Shown here: positions 53,446-63,972 of the stretch, in pieces
Layout of the letters: every line of letters begins with the position of its first letter
How positions within the stretch are numbered: position 1 is the first letter of the stretch
Origin: Candidatus Culexmicrobium cathedralense
GTDB taxonomy: Archaea > Thermoproteota > Methanomethylicia > Culexarchaeales > Culexmicrobiaceae
Assembly (NCBI GenBank): GCA_025061115.1
Contig: JANZKC010000002.1
Location: forward strand, 1 to 64,000
Reading direction: 5' to 3'
DNA length: 64,000 nucleotides
Program-made: the position numbers and the translations under genes
The notes under the pieces: model-generated
Database searches by the model: none
Told to the model about the DNA's origin: nothing
Seen by the model: only the letters and a program-made list of their open reading frames with translations

Positions 53446-53838
53446 TCAAGACTCAGCAATTTTACCTAACTTATCTATCACGCTATTAACATCATCATAA
53501 AATAGCGCAGTAACCTGTTTAGGGCAGAACATTAGCTCATCTTTAGCATTAACTGGAAGAACAACAACAGTCTTAAAGTCTTTTAAATCTATAGCCTTTG
53601 CGCATGAAGCTAAGGTAGCAATATTAACATCTTTAGGAGGAAGCACAAAGTCAATAGCCAATTTCCTATTATGACTACTAGCGACGATGTCGAACTTATG
53701 TCTAATGCCACTCTCACCTATGACGAAGCCTTCAACTTCAACTTGAAAACCCATACTTCTCAACGTTTTAACAATTAGTTCTCTCACAACTTTCACCTTA
53801 TTAATATACTCATCATCAGCCACCAGCATTCTACTCAA
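53446..53838 (-). CDS. Restriction-endonuclease-like (Mrr-type) domain protein
   Basis: GESGIRHKFDIVA motif. Confidence 0.65.
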   Translation of the reverse strand: MSRMLVADDEYINKVKVVRELIVKTLRSMGFQVEVEGFVIGESGIRHKFDIVASSHNRKLAIDFVLPPKDVNIATLASCAKAIDLKDFKTVVVLPVNAKDELMFCPKQVTALFYDDVNSVIDKLGKIAES

Positions 53839-53969
53839 ACTCAGCTAGGTTTGATATTTTAATATTATGTAATTAATTTACAAATCTTTACCATCAACAA
53901 TTTGTAAAAAAGAAAAAATTAAACGCCAAGCTAATAAGCATACTACAACCAAAAATAACCGGCGATCAA

Positions 53970-54428
53970 ATGACGTCCGATCCAATACCGATAATCACGC
54001 CAGATAACTTCATCCCATATCTATCTGGAAACTGGACGAGAATGGTGATTTACACCGCAATATCCATGCTAGTTGAAGCTGCACTATTCAAAATAGCTTA
54101 TAGGGAAAGCAAATGCCATAAGGCCATTGCATTTTTCAATCTAATATCAACGCCGATTTCCTGGATCTTCGCCGTCCTTTTGGCTTTACCCTTCACCTAC
54201 AACATAGTCATTGGCGAATTGAATCCAACGTCCCTACCAGAGTGGAAAATGGTTTCATGCATATACGCCTCGGTATACTTCATGACTTTCATCTTATTAA
54301 CATCACTTATAGAAATAGTATTATACTCAGCACTGAAAATTAAATGTAAAAAATTAACTTCAACAGTTTTAATTGCAAATTTCATTTCCTTACTTGCAAT
54401 TCTATTCGCATCCACCACTTTGCCCTAG
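53970..54428 (+). CDS. Hypothetical multi-TM membrane protein
   Basis: Four hydrophobic segments with internally repeated E...N.IS pattern. Confidence 0.7.
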   Translation: MTSDPIPIITPDNFIPYLSGNWTRMVIYTAISMLVEAALFKIAYRESKCHKAIAFFNLISTPISWIFAVLLALPFTYNIVIGELNPTSLPEWKMVSCIYASVYFMTFILLTSLIEIVLYSALKIKCKKLTSTVLIANFISLLAILFASTTLP

Positions 54429-54443
54429 CTTTGGGATGAGCTC

Positions 54444-55427
54444 ATGAGCGCAAAGATAGGGATAAATGGAGCAATAAAAATTGGAAAGTACTTCGCATGC
54501 GATGCGCATGACCCAGCTAGCGAAGTTAGAGTAGTTACCCATGCTCACTTCGACCACATAATAAACCTCAATTCAAGCTTAAAGGAAAGCAAAAGGGTTG
54601 TCATGACCGAAGCAACGAGAGACCTACTTCAAGTAATTAAGAGAAAGCTCAATCTTAAGAGCAAAGTTCTACCAGCACGGTATGGTGAAACGCTCAAGTG
54701 GAAGGATCAGAAGCTAACTCTCCATTATGCAGACCACATTATTGGTGCTGCCCAAGTGCTCGTCGAAGATGAGAAAGGAAATAGAATCGTCTATACGGGG
54801 GATTTCAGGCTGCCAAAAACTCCAATTCTGGATGCAGACATACTCATAATGGAAGCAACATACGGTAAGCCGGACCTCAAAAGACCTCCAACAGACGTCA
54901 TAAGAGAAGCACTAGTCAAGTTGGTGAAGAAAAGCCTCGCTATAGGACCCGTCCACATATTCGGCTTCCATGGCAAAGCTCAAGAGGTCATGGAGCTTCT
55001 AAGGAACAGCGGATTCACTCAGCCATTCATAGCCACATCCAAAGTTTATATAGTAACCGAAGTTTGCAGAAAGCATGGAATGAGAGTGGGGGAAGTTCTA
55101 CTTAAGGGAACTATGGAAGCCGAGGAAGTCATGAAGAGTGGAGAGTACATAATGTTCCACCACGCTTCAACCCTAAGAACAGTTAAGATTAACGGAGTAA
55201 AAATACACTTAACTGGCTGGGAATTTAGAAAAATTATTTGGAAAGTAGCAAACAAACATTACAGAGTGGCACTTAGCGACCACGCAGACTTCACACAACT
55301 AATACTTTACGCGGCTACAAGTAAGCCTAAACTCGTCATAACCGACAACTATAGAGTTGGATACGCAGCCATTCTTGCGAAGGAAATAGAAAGGCGCCTA
55401 GGCATAAAGGCAATTCCAATGCCATGA
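54444..55427 (+). CDS. MBL-fold (beta-CASP-like) nuclease
   Basis: THAHFDH, HIIGAAQ, YTGDF, EATYG, SDHADF. Confidence 0.9.
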   Translation: MSAKIGINGAIKIGKYFACDAHDPASEVRVVTHAHFDHIINLNSSLKESKRVVMTEATRDLLQVIKRKLNLKSKVLPARYGETLKWKDQKLTLHYADHIIGAAQVLVEDEKGNRIVYTGDFRLPKTPILDADILIMEATYGKPDLKRPPTDVIREALVKLVKKSLAIGPVHIFGFHGKAQEVMELLRNSGFTQPFIATSKVYIVTEVCRKHGMRVGEVLLKGTMEAEEVMKSGEYIMFHHASTLRTVKINGVKIHLTGWEFRKIIWKVANKHYRVALSDHADFTQLILYAATSKPKLVITDNYRVGYAAILAKEIERRLGIKAIPMP

Positions 55428-55496
55428 TCGCTCAAGTAACTTTATAACTGAAAAAACCAAAAATGAATTGGCGAAAAGATAAGGCAAAGTGGTAGT

Positions 55497-56051
55497 ATGA
55501 GAATATTCAAGTTCTTCCGCAAAGAGAAAAAATCCCCTGAGCAGCTAGTTAAGGAGTTCGAAATTGGAAGAAAAGCACTTTTACAGAAAGTGAGGGAGGT
55601 GTCCAGCGACCTTAGAAGCAAAGGTTACAGGGTTCTGGAACTAATTCCACTAATAGCTTCAGTTGGAAAAGCAGAAAAGAAAAAGCCATTCGGCCTAATG
55701 CTAGTAGTTCCAACCGAACTATTTAGGAAATTCCACGAATACGCTGACATGGGCAAGTACAGCAACAATCAGCTAAGCATGTTCTTTGTCGGAGACTATG
55801 CATTCCTCTTAATTACAGCTAGAGATGACGAGAAGAAACTTGCAATATGCTATTCATCAGCATTTAGGAAGAAACACGTTAAGAAAATTCGAAGTATGGA
55901 TACTATATACGTATACATAATAGATGGCCAAACCTCAAAGTACACCCTAATATACTTCCCAAACGTCAAATGGGAAGCACCTAAAGCTTTAAAGAGCGGC
56001 CTTGAAGAAAAGAGTAAAAGCGAAAAACGCCCCTCAACGCAAAGCTGGTGA
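55497..56051 (+). CDS. Hypothetical protein
   Basis: 184-aa ORF with typical codon usage. Confidence 0.75.
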   Translation: MRIFKFFRKEKKSPEQLVKEFEIGRKALLQKVREVSSDLRSKGYRVLELIPLIASVGKAEKKKPFGLMLVVPTELFRKFHEYADMGKYSNNQLSMFFVGDYAFLLITARDDEKKLAICYSSAFRKKHVKKIRSMDTIYVYIIDGQTSKYTLIYFPNVKWEAPKALKSGLEEKSKSEKRPSTQSW

Positions 56052-56060
56052 GGTGAAAGC

Positions 56061-56258
56061 GTGAAAAGCGCAATTAAAAGCATAGTAATACCAGTAGCAT
56101 CATTTATGATATTTCTCTCAAGCTACATTTCCTGGATGGCTGAAAGAATTCTGCGCTTTAGCCACACTTCAAGTGCAGTATTAGGTATAATCGTAATAAT
56201 CTTAGGCATTTTAACAATATACTACTGTGAGGGAAGAATAAGGTTCAAGAGACCGTAA
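56061..56258 (+). CDS. Small two-TM membrane protein
   Basis: GAGGTGA RBS before GTG; two hydrophobic helices. Confidence 0.7.
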   Translation: MKSAIKSIVIPVASFMIFLSSYISWMAERILRFSHTSSAVLGIIVIILGILTIYYCEGRIRFKRP

Positions 56259-56262
56259 AGAA

Positions 56263-57426
56263 CTACCTCGCCCTAATCTCCACCACATCTCCATCAGCGA
56301 GAACGTGATTAGCTCCAACCTTCTGCCCGCCAAATTTCACGGAACTACCCCAAACTTTAGCATATTTAAATTCCTTGTAAAGCCTGCTGTGAATCATTTT
56401 TGCAACATCAATAACCCTAGTTCCAACCGGAACTACTAGCGGTTTACTAGCAACTTCACCTCCAACCTCCTTAGTGTAAATTCTAATAACTCCCAAAAGG
56501 CTGAAAATTTCACGCTTAACCACATCCAAATTTTGCTTAGAAATTGTAGAGAATGGAATTACCTTAACAGCCCCCTTAAGAGCCCTAGATAACCTATCAA
56601 AGTTAACTCTAGCTATTTCGGAGTCATATTTGTTCGCAATGATTATTGAAGGCTTATAAACGACGTTTAAGCCGATGTATTCTTCAACATCCTTGATAGA
56701 TACATCTCCCCATATCTTCACTATAGCGCTCGTTATTCCATAATCCGCAAGCAATTGTTTCACATCATCCAAGCTACAGTCAATGAAATTGCCAGTGCAA
56801 AAAACTTGAATGCCACCTGAGGATTTTCTTTCAATATCTATCCTAACTTTAGGCCTCTTCAGGATAATTCTAGCTTGCCTCAAGCTTTCAACCATAAATT
56901 TAAGTTGATGAAATGGATTCCTAGTCAGGTCAACTAGCAATATTAGAGCATCAGCGTTCCTAGCTAAACTTAAAACCTGAGATAGCCATGGAGCTTCGGG
57001 AAAAATGGCTGGAGCCTCAACCAACTGCACTTGCACTCCATCAAAAATCATCATTCCGGGAACAGGCATCCTAGTGGTACACGGCACATCAGATATCCTC
57101 GGCTTAGCATTGGTTAAAGTAGCTAAAAAGCTGCTCTTTCCACTTTTAGTATCTCCTAGAATAACTACTTGGCCCGCCCCATCTTTCTTTATTGCAAATT
57201 TCCCACTTGTAGCTTTAGTCCTCTTCCTCTTTCTCTCCTCCAGCTCAACCTTAAGCTGAGAAAGCCTTCTCCTTAATTGCCTTCGAATCTTCTCGGTGCC
57301 CTTATGCGCAGGAATTGCTGAAATTAAAGCTTCTAGAATCCTAATCTTCTCTGGTAAAGTTCTAGCCTCTTGATATTCCCTCATAAGAGCTTTTGCTTGT
57401 GGAGGAAGGTTTGCAGGCATACCCAA
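56263..57426 (-). CDS. DRG/OBG-family GTPase with TGS domain
   Basis: MPANLPP, HKGTEK, GKSS, ANKYD, RIYTKE, IHS..FKYAKVWG...DGDVVEI. Confidence 0.92.
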   Translation of the reverse strand: MGMPANLPPQAKALMREYQEARTLPEKIRILEALISAIPAHKGTEKIRRQLRRRLSQLKVELEERKRKRTKATSGKFAIKKDGAGQVVILGDTKSGKSSFLATLTNAKPRISDVPCTTRMPVPGMMIFDGVQVQLVEAPAIFPEAPWLSQVLSLARNADALILLVDLTRNPFHQLKFMVESLRQARIILKRPKVRIDIERKSSGGIQVFCTGNFIDCSLDDVKQLLADYGITSAIVKIWGDVSIKDVEEYIGLNVVYKPSIIIANKYDSEIARVNFDRLSRALKGAVKVIPFSTISKQNLDVVKREIFSLLGVIRIYTKEVGGEVASKPLVVPVGTRVIDVAKMIHSRLYKEFKYAKVWGSSVKFGGQKVGANHVLADGDVVEIRAR

Positions 57427-57468
57427 GAAAAAATAGCATATGACTCTAATATTTCGTTCGCAATGAAC

Positions 57469-58458
57469 TTAACTCAAAATTGGAAAGGGCTCTTCATCAA
57501 AAATGGCCACTGCAGGCTCATCCATTCCAGAAGCCATTAAAGCCCTTCCCATTCCTGCAGTGTTAAATGCAAAGCCCCAATTTCCCTTATCATCAACGGC
57601 TATTATACCAGCATTACCTTTGCCAAATTTATTCGTAATCAAGTCTATGGCTGCTTCACATGCCTTCTGCGCAGATACGCCTGCTCTCATCAAGTCGCAG
57701 CAGAATTTCGATAGAGTTAATCTTGCAATAAGCTCTCCAATTCCAGTTGCAGATGCAGCTCCACCATTATTGTCAGCGTAAAATCCGCAGCCAACTAGAG
57801 GAACATCGCCCACTCTGCCTGGAAGCTTAAGCCAATATCCTCCGGTTGAAACTGCAGATGCAACATTACCTTCCGAGTCTATAGCAACTGCTCCAACAGT
57901 TCCAGTAAAATCGAAAAGCCCCTTCCTCTCGAGAATCATCTTCCTTATTTTAAGCATTCTGGAGCGCTTACCTTCAATCCAATCATTATATACGCGCTCA
58001 AAGCGCTTCAATTTAGCTTCAGTAATTAAATTCCCGCATCGCTTAAATCCAAAGAATTCAGCCAGCCTTTCGGCAGCCTCACCAACAATCAATATGTGGT
58101 CAGTTTCCTCCATAATCCTCCTCGCAATTGAAACTGGATTTTTAAATCCACTTATGCAGGCAACTGCTCCAACGCACAGGTCTCTGCCATCCATAATTGC
58201 AGCGTCCATTTCAACTTTCTTATTAAGGCTTAGAACCGAACCTAAACCTGCATTAAATACTCCGCTGTCCTCCATCACTTTAACTGCAACTTCAACTGCG
58301 TCAAGAGCAGACTTGGAGCTCAAAGCATCAAAGCCCTCAGCAGCGGCTTTCTTAAGCCAAACTCTGCGCTTCTCAAGATCCTCAGCGGCAAATCGCTTAT
58401 AGTTGCCAGCTCCACCATGAATTAAAATTACAGGTCCAACCTTCAATTCAACCACCAT
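57469..58458 (-). CDS. Isoaspartyl peptidase / L-asparaginase (Ntn hydrolase)
   Basis: IHGGAG, FNAG.GS, EMDA, GTVGAVA, STGG, GRVGD, TGIGE. Confidence 0.93.
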   Translation of the reverse strand: MVVELKVGPVILIHGGAGNYKRFAAEDLEKRRVWLKKAAAEGFDALSSKSALDAVEVAVKVMEDSGVFNAGLGSVLSLNKKVEMDAAIMDGRDLCVGAVACISGFKNPVSIARRIMEETDHILIVGEAAERLAEFFGFKRCGNLITEAKLKRFERVYNDWIEGKRSRMLKIRKMILERKGLFDFTGTVGAVAIDSEGNVASAVSTGGYWLKLPGRVGDVPLVGCGFYADNNGGAASATGIGELIARLTLSKFCCDLMRAGVSAQKACEAAIDLITNKFGKGNAGIIAVDDKGNWGFAFNTAGMGRALMASGMDEPAVAIFDEEPFPILS

Positions 58459-58462
58459 CCAA

Positions 58463-58756
58463 CTAGCTTTCTTCTTCAACAGCTTTACTCATAAACTTCT
58501 CCAAGTACTCCTCAATAGAGCGAACCTTAACATTCTTAACTTCCAATAGCCCCCAAACACCTGGCGATAAGAGCTTAAACAAGTGCTCAAAACCGCAATT
58601 AAAGCACATCATTAAAGCGTATATTTCTTCATTAGGCTTCATGAAATTCTCCGCATAAACTTTGCAAATCTCAAGTGAGCCCCCGCACTTACTACACCTT
58701 AAAATCATCCTTCCATCCCTGACAACCTCTAAAACTTGATTGTAATTCAATGCCAT
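58463..58756 (-). CDS. Small zinc-ribbon hypothetical protein
   Basis: CSKC and CFNC; GGAGG RBS. Confidence 0.75.
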   Translation of the reverse strand: MALNYNQVLEVVRDGRMILRCSKCGGSLEICKVYAENFMKPNEEIYALMMCFNCGFEHLFKLLSPGVWGLLEVKNVKVRSIEEYLEKFMSKAVEEES

Positions 58757-58922
58757 CCCTCCTAAGGGTCAACTGCCAACGCTAATTGAAGAATAGATGA
58801 AGTTAATTTAAGCATTACTCCCTTATAGATTAAAGTGCAAGTCAAGCGCGCTTACACCAATCAACATTTGATGAAATCACAACAATCACATAAGGTAGCC
58901 ACTTAAAATAAAAGCTAGGAAA

Positions 58923-59657
58923 TTAAATCTCAAGACTCAAAAAATCTTCAGCCACAATTACTTCACCGTCAAAAATGGAAGATGCTTCCTCCACCAACTT
59001 AGCCTCATCTTCACGGAAAATGTGAAACAAAGCCAGCTTCTTAACCTTAGCTAGACGAGCTACTTCACCAGCAACACTCGCAGTTGAATGACCAGTTCTG
59101 AATGCAAGATCTGCACGGCTACTACTAAAAGACGATTCATGAATTAGGAGATCAGCATTTTCAGCCAGCTTAACGAGGTTACCGCTAAATCTCGTGTCGC
59201 CGCTATAGCAAATGCTAATTCCACGCCTATTAACTCTATAAGCAATAGTTGGTATAGTGTGAGAAACCTCGCAAGTTGCGAACTCTTCCAGCGAAGTGCC
59301 GCCTACAATCTCCTTGACATCAATGGCATATGATATAAAGTCATCAGGAGTGTTAAGCGCTTGAAGTAGCGTGCAAATAGTTCTTCGAACTCCAACTGGA
59401 CCAAAAATAACAAATTTACTCCTCCTACCCTCAAGCTCCATAGCCCAAAGCAAAGGAACAATATCTGCAATGTGATCAGCATGACAATGCGAAATCAATA
59501 GGCAACTTAAGTCGAGCAAATCAACTTTTAAATGCCTCAAATTTCTCAGTGCTCCACTGCCACAGTCAATTAAAACGTCATTATCAACTAGAATACATGG
59601 GCAACATCTCTTTTCAGTTACAACAGGGCCGCCTGATCCAACAAACGTGACTTTCAT
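58923..59657 (-). CDS. MBL-fold hydrolase, RNase Z-like
   Basis: DCG, SHCHADH, YSGDT, LIHE, GHST, LFH. Confidence 0.9.
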   Translation of the reverse strand: MKVTFVGSGGPVVTEKRCCPCILVDNDVLIDCGSGALRNLRHLKVDLLDLSCLLISHCHADHIADIVPLLWAMELEGRRSKFVIFGPVGVRRTICTLLQALNTPDDFISYAIDVKEIVGGTSLEEFATCEVSHTIPTIAYRVNRRGISICYSGDTRFSGNLVKLAENADLLIHESSFSSSRADLAFRTGHSTASVAGEVARLAKVKKLALFHIFREDEAKLVEEASSIFDGEVIVAEDFLSLEI

Positions 59658-59703
59658 GGAAACACCCCAAACACGCCATGGGAAATAATGATGATTACCC
59701 GCA

Positions 59704-60264
59704 CTAAAGTGAAATTTTTCCAGACTTCTCCAACCTCTTAACTATCAATAGAGTGAGCATAATGGAAATAGGCGCAGGCGCATAAACCATAAGAAATGAA
59801 GCTTGAAGAGCATAGTCAAGGCTAGCAAACGACCCAAGTTCAGGCATCAAAGTCATGGCTAAAAACCATAACCCAAAAGCAATGATAATCGATCCAACAA
59901 ACAAGCCTAGAATAGAAGATAAAATAATAGCGTATATCCAGCCGACATTCCTAAGCCTCAAACGCCTATAAGCAAAGCCCATCAAACAGAAGCCTGCAAA
60001 GTTGGCCGGAGTGCCGCTAAATATTGTTAAAAGTGGAGTGTGATATCTAGCTATACTTGCAATGAAAGTTCCCAAAGCAGCGCTCAATCCAGCAACTATG
60101 GGGCTAAACATTACTGAAGCAATCATAGGAATAGCTATTGCTGGTCTAAATTGAATGAAAAACGGCCCAGTAGGAATATATGCAGTTAAAAGTGAAGCTA
60201 CAGCGTAAAGTGCAGCAAATATGCTCACGTTAACCGCATCCTTAGAGCTAAGCAATAGCACCAC
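59704..60264 (-). CDS. ECF transporter S-component-like membrane protein
   Basis: IFAALYA..., IQFRPA, multiple TMs, GTPANF. Confidence 0.75.
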   Translation of the reverse strand: MVLLLSSKDAVNVSIFAALYAVASLLTAYIPTGPFFIQFRPAIAIPMIASVMFSPIVAGLSAALGTFIASIARYHTPLLTIFSGTPANFAGFCLMGFAYRRLRLRNVGWIYAIILSSILGLFVGSIIIAFGLWFLAMTLMPELGSFASLDYALQASFLMVYAPAPISIMLTLLIVKRLEKSGKISL

Positions 60265-60598
60265 CGCTAAACAATAAATTCAGCCACATTATTACGTTTA
60301 CCGTTTCCTGTCCTAGGTCATTCTAGGTCCTTGGTAGAATGCTCCGCGTCTCTACCCATGCTTCATTGCAGTTACAATCCACTTCACATAGGCGTAATTG
60401 CCGCCCTTCATCCTCACCGGCATGGAGGACACATCTAGGAAGTGTTTTATAAACAGATTCATAGCACCCATATAACGTCTCTATCAACGTGCGAAACGCA
60501 TCCAGGGCATTTCATTATCCTCGATTCAACGTAAATTGAGACAAACATTGAAAGGTTTTTAATACTCTTTCTAATTAGTCTAGAGGGGAGAGAGTAGG

Positions 60599-60994
60599 GT
60601 GAAAGTTTTGCCTGGAAGAATAATGACTACGCTAATCATAGAAGTACCTGAAAGCGATTTAGCCAGCAAAATGGCGATCATAAGTGAACTTCACCGAAAT
60701 AGAATAGTGTATGACGTTGATGATGCAGGGAACATCCTCATAGACGGTTTTGAGCTAGAGAAAGTTAAGGAAAATAGAACTGATTATTTCTTCATAAAAT
60801 ACGAGCTTTCAGGCAGAACTTTAATTAAGTGGGTGTATGTCAGGGCCAGAGAGCCTGGCGCGTATTATCGAATCAAAGCCGTGCACTGCGCTTCCGCAAA
60901 GTCTTACATTAAAGCTTTAAAGCGAAGAATGCTGCCTGCAAGCTACGTCAAACTAGCAATGTGCGCGCAGAAAGTTGAAGAGAACTACGCTTAA
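60599..60994 (+). CDS. Hypothetical protein
   Basis: 131-aa ORF preceded by TTTTTAATA TATA-like box and purine-rich RBS. Confidence 0.75.
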   Translation: MKVLPGRIMTTLIIEVPESDLASKMAIISELHRNRIVYDVDDAGNILIDGFELEKVKENRTDYFFIKYELSGRTLIKWVYVRAREPGAYYRIKAVHCASAKSYIKALKRRMLPASYVKLAMCAQKVEENYA

Positions 60995-63972
60995 GGCTTT
61001 AAGCACAACTTGCAGCCCCTCTTAGTTCTAAATAGCCTTTTAACTGTTATTAAGCAGGATGAGCATACTTTCCTCCCGCAATTAGGGCATTCCACCACGT
61101 GATCAGGGCAAACCTTTCTTCCACATGCTGGGCAGGTAAAAGCATCATCATTACAAAGGGTTTTTCCGCAGATAGCGCAAGTATAGCTTTCCTCTTTAAC
61201 GCAATAAGTTTTACCGCATACATCGCATTTCCACGAGTGCTCTACACAGACATTTGAGCCGCACGCACTACATTTCGCAATACAATTTGGACAAAATAGC
61301 TTGCTGCACACATCGCATCTAATTAATGCTAAGCTACATACTTCTCTACCGCAGCGTTCGCATATTGCCAAGTGATTTTTATAGTGCTCTTCACAATAAG
61401 GCAGCCCACAATCCTCGCAGATTAAGATGTGGTTTTTACAGTAGGAAACATCTAACCCGCATTTAACGCAGTGCTCAATGCAGTCTTCACATAGGGGAAT
61501 GCCACAAACTTCGCAGTAACTTTTACTTTCATTTGTACATAAAACTGAATTACAGTACTCGCATTTCCACGAATGGTCAGGGCAAATCGTTAGATTACAC
61601 TTTTCGCAATGCAAAGCATGATTACTGCAAATTGGTTTTAAGCATAAAGCACAAAGCCAAGTTGAAGTTAGATTCGTAATCGCATCTCCACAATAACTAC
61701 AGTTTCCAAAGAAGCCCCTTCCATTTAATGCATTCCACTCAACTTCAATTTCATTTTCAGCATGCTGATTCGAAACAATCAATTTAGCACTGTAAATTGG
61801 AAGCCAAATTAATTGCATTTCCTGGACATGAACTTCGCTCCTTTTCGGCGTAATCATCAGCGACCTAACATTTTGTTCTTTAAGATCCAACAATTTTTTC
61901 TTAATACTATTTAACTTCCCTTTCAGCTCCTCCTTAAGCCTCTTTAAAAATTCACTTTCACCTTTAATTTTAACCGACAATTCACTTAATCGCCTATTCA
62001 GCCTTGCAAGCTTGAGCTCCCTACTTCTAATTTGACTTGCAACTCTAAGCGAAGATTTCTCCTCCTTAACAAGCTTAGAGAGCTTTTTCTTGAGCAGTTC
62101 AATTTCCTTAATCAAGTCCTTTGCAACTTGAGCAGTTATGGCAAGCTCATCCTTCAAAGCTTTAAGTTGAGCTTCATGGCGCTCAATTTCCAACCTATAA
62201 TTATTCCTTATCTGACTTGAAGCTTCATTTAGACGTTTATTAAACTCCTCATCAATTCTAAGTTTAAATTCTTCCAGCGACTCCTGAGGCTTTGAAGTTA
62301 ACTTGAAGCCTGGGTGGTATAGGATGTGAGTAGCTGAAGCTAGGGCTGAGTAGTCAATAAAACTATTTTTGAGCTCCTCAATACCACTTACACTTTTAAG
62401 TTCACTTATAACTTCCAAGTAAGTGGACTCTTCTTCAGCCTCGTCAAGTAAATCGCAACTTTCAATATCATTTAAGCTAGCCCAATAAGCTGACTTTGAA
62501 CTCCAATCAACTTTCTCCAAGCCTCCACCTACCGGAATGAAGCTAACCACTTCAGATTCATAAATCAAGTTTGGACGCCTTCTCTCAACTCGAATTATAG
62601 CTTTAAGCAGGAGTGCTGGAGCATACTTCAATTTAAGTGAAGTTAGCTTGAAGTCGTATGGCATTAACTCCCTTAGAGTATTTAGCAAAGCTTTATCATC
62701 AAAATTAACAGCAGCAAAATACTGCGGGATTGCCGTTGGAATTCTCGGCTTTCTAGCCTTTCTAACTCCACTAACCCCTTTAAATTTCTCCAAAGCTACT
62801 TTAACTTTCCATCTAGCCTTATCAAGCTCCTCTTTGGAAACGAAATCTAATGGATTAAATCCAGGAGCCCCATGCTTAGTCTCTCTACACCTAATTCTAA
62901 CGATTATTGGAACCCTTTCAACTGCCTCTCCAGTTATTATTGCTTCACCGGGCTCAAGCCAATTTATGTCCTTTTCCCAAGCTTTCGAAAGCCCTCCACT
63001 TTCGATAGCTATTTTAACATCATTAGGGTCTGTTAACCTGTGAATAATCCAAGTTCCACTCAAACTTCTAACAGTCATATCTAAAAGCTGTGGGCGCTGA
63101 GTAACAACAATCAAATTCGCGCCAAACTTTCTACCTTCCTGCGAAAACTTCCTCAAAACTAAAGCAGACTTAGATTTTTCTCTGCCAGCAAATCTATGCG
63201 CTTCATCTAGAATCAAGTAGAAGGGCTTAACCTCACCTTTAATGGCAGCTTCAAGCAGCTGTGAAGCAATATCAGCAACAATTGAAACCTGATCATCATG
63301 AGTTAAACCGCGCAAGTTAATTATAACACATTGCCCGGTCAAAACTAACTCTTGCGGAGAAATATCCTTTAAGTAGTAAATGTCTAGGTCGGCTCCAGGA
63401 TTAATATTGAGATCGGCGAACTCGAGAATTTTATCAGCATAACTGATTGGAGTAACATCAAATTCCGGACACGGCTCTTCACATGGAATTTTGAGGCTTG
63501 AGTATTCTCCATGAACATCAATTACTATAACGGGAACACCCTTCTTCAGGAACTCTTCAATTATAACTCCAACCGTATATGACTTTCCAGATCCAGGCTT
63601 ACCAACAATGAAAATTCTATTCAACTTCTTCACTGGAAGGTGAATTTTATATGGATAGCCCTTCAAAAGCCCCAGGTAAATGGACTTTTCGACATCAACT
63701 TTCAACCCTAACGCTCGCAGAATGCTCTCCTCACCTGCAGCGTAAACTGAAGCACCAATTTCGAAGGGAGTTTTAGGAAAACTACCTAAAACCTCGCACT
63801 CAGCATAAACATTAGTCCTACTCCGCCTAACGTTTTTAACTATAAGAACGTAGGTCTTGCCTTCATGATCAACTTCAACGAAATCATTCACACCAATTTT
63901 GCCAGTGACCTTTAATGTAAATCCAAATGCAGTTGGCTCTCCTTCAACCACGCCAACTACTTTTCTAGTCAA
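60991..63972 (-). CDS. HerA/DUF87-like ATPase fused to a coiled coil and Cys/His-rich zinc-finger repeats
   Basis: HAS-barrel-like N-terminus, GKPGSGKS, LDEAH, EGRKFG, TQRP; heptad region; 13 CxxC-x4-Cxx(H/C)-type units. Confidence 0.88.
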   Translation of the reverse strand: MTRKVVGVVEGEPTAFGFTLKVTGKIGVNDFVEVDHEGKTYVLIVKNVRRSRTNVYAECEVLGSFPKTPFEIGASVYAAGEESILRALGLKVDVEKSIYLGLLKGYPYKIHLPVKKLNRIFIVGKPGSGKSYTVGVIIEEFLKKGVPVIVIDVHGEYSSLKIPCEEPCPEFDVTPISYADKILEFADLNINPGADLDIYYLKDISPQELVLTGQCVIINLRGLTHDDQVSIVADIASQLLEAAIKGEVKPFYLILDEAHRFAGREKSKSALVLRKFSQEGRKFGANLIVVTQRPQLLDMTVRSLSGTWIIHRLTDPNDVKIAIESGGLSKAWEKDINWLEPGEAIITGEAVERVPIIVRIRCRETKHGAPGFNPLDFVSKEELDKARWKVKVALEKFKGVSGVRKARKPRIPTAIPQYFAAVNFDDKALLNTLRELMPYDFKLTSLKLKYAPALLLKAIIRVERRRPNLIYESEVVSFIPVGGGLEKVDWSSKSAYWASLNDIESCDLLDEAEEESTYLEVISELKSVSGIEELKNSFIDYSALASATHILYHPGFKLTSKPQESLEEFKLRIDEEFNKRLNEASSQIRNNYRLEIERHEAQLKALKDELAITAQVAKDLIKEIELLKKKLSKLVKEEKSSLRVASQIRSRELKLARLNRRLSELSVKIKGESEFLKRLKEELKGKLNSIKKKLLDLKEQNVRSLMITPKRSEVHVQEMQLIWLPIYSAKLIVSNQHAENEIEVEWNALNGRGFFGNCSYCGDAITNLTSTWLCALCLKPICSNHALHCEKCNLTICPDHSWKCEYCNSVLCTNESKSYCEVCGIPLCEDCIEHCVKCGLDVSYCKNHILICEDCGLPYCEEHYKNHLAICERCGREVCSLALIRCDVCSKLFCPNCIAKCSACGSNVCVEHSWKCDVCGKTYCVKEESYTCAICGKTLCNDDAFTCPACGRKVCPDHVVECPNCGRKVCSSCLITVKRLFRTKRGCKLCLKP

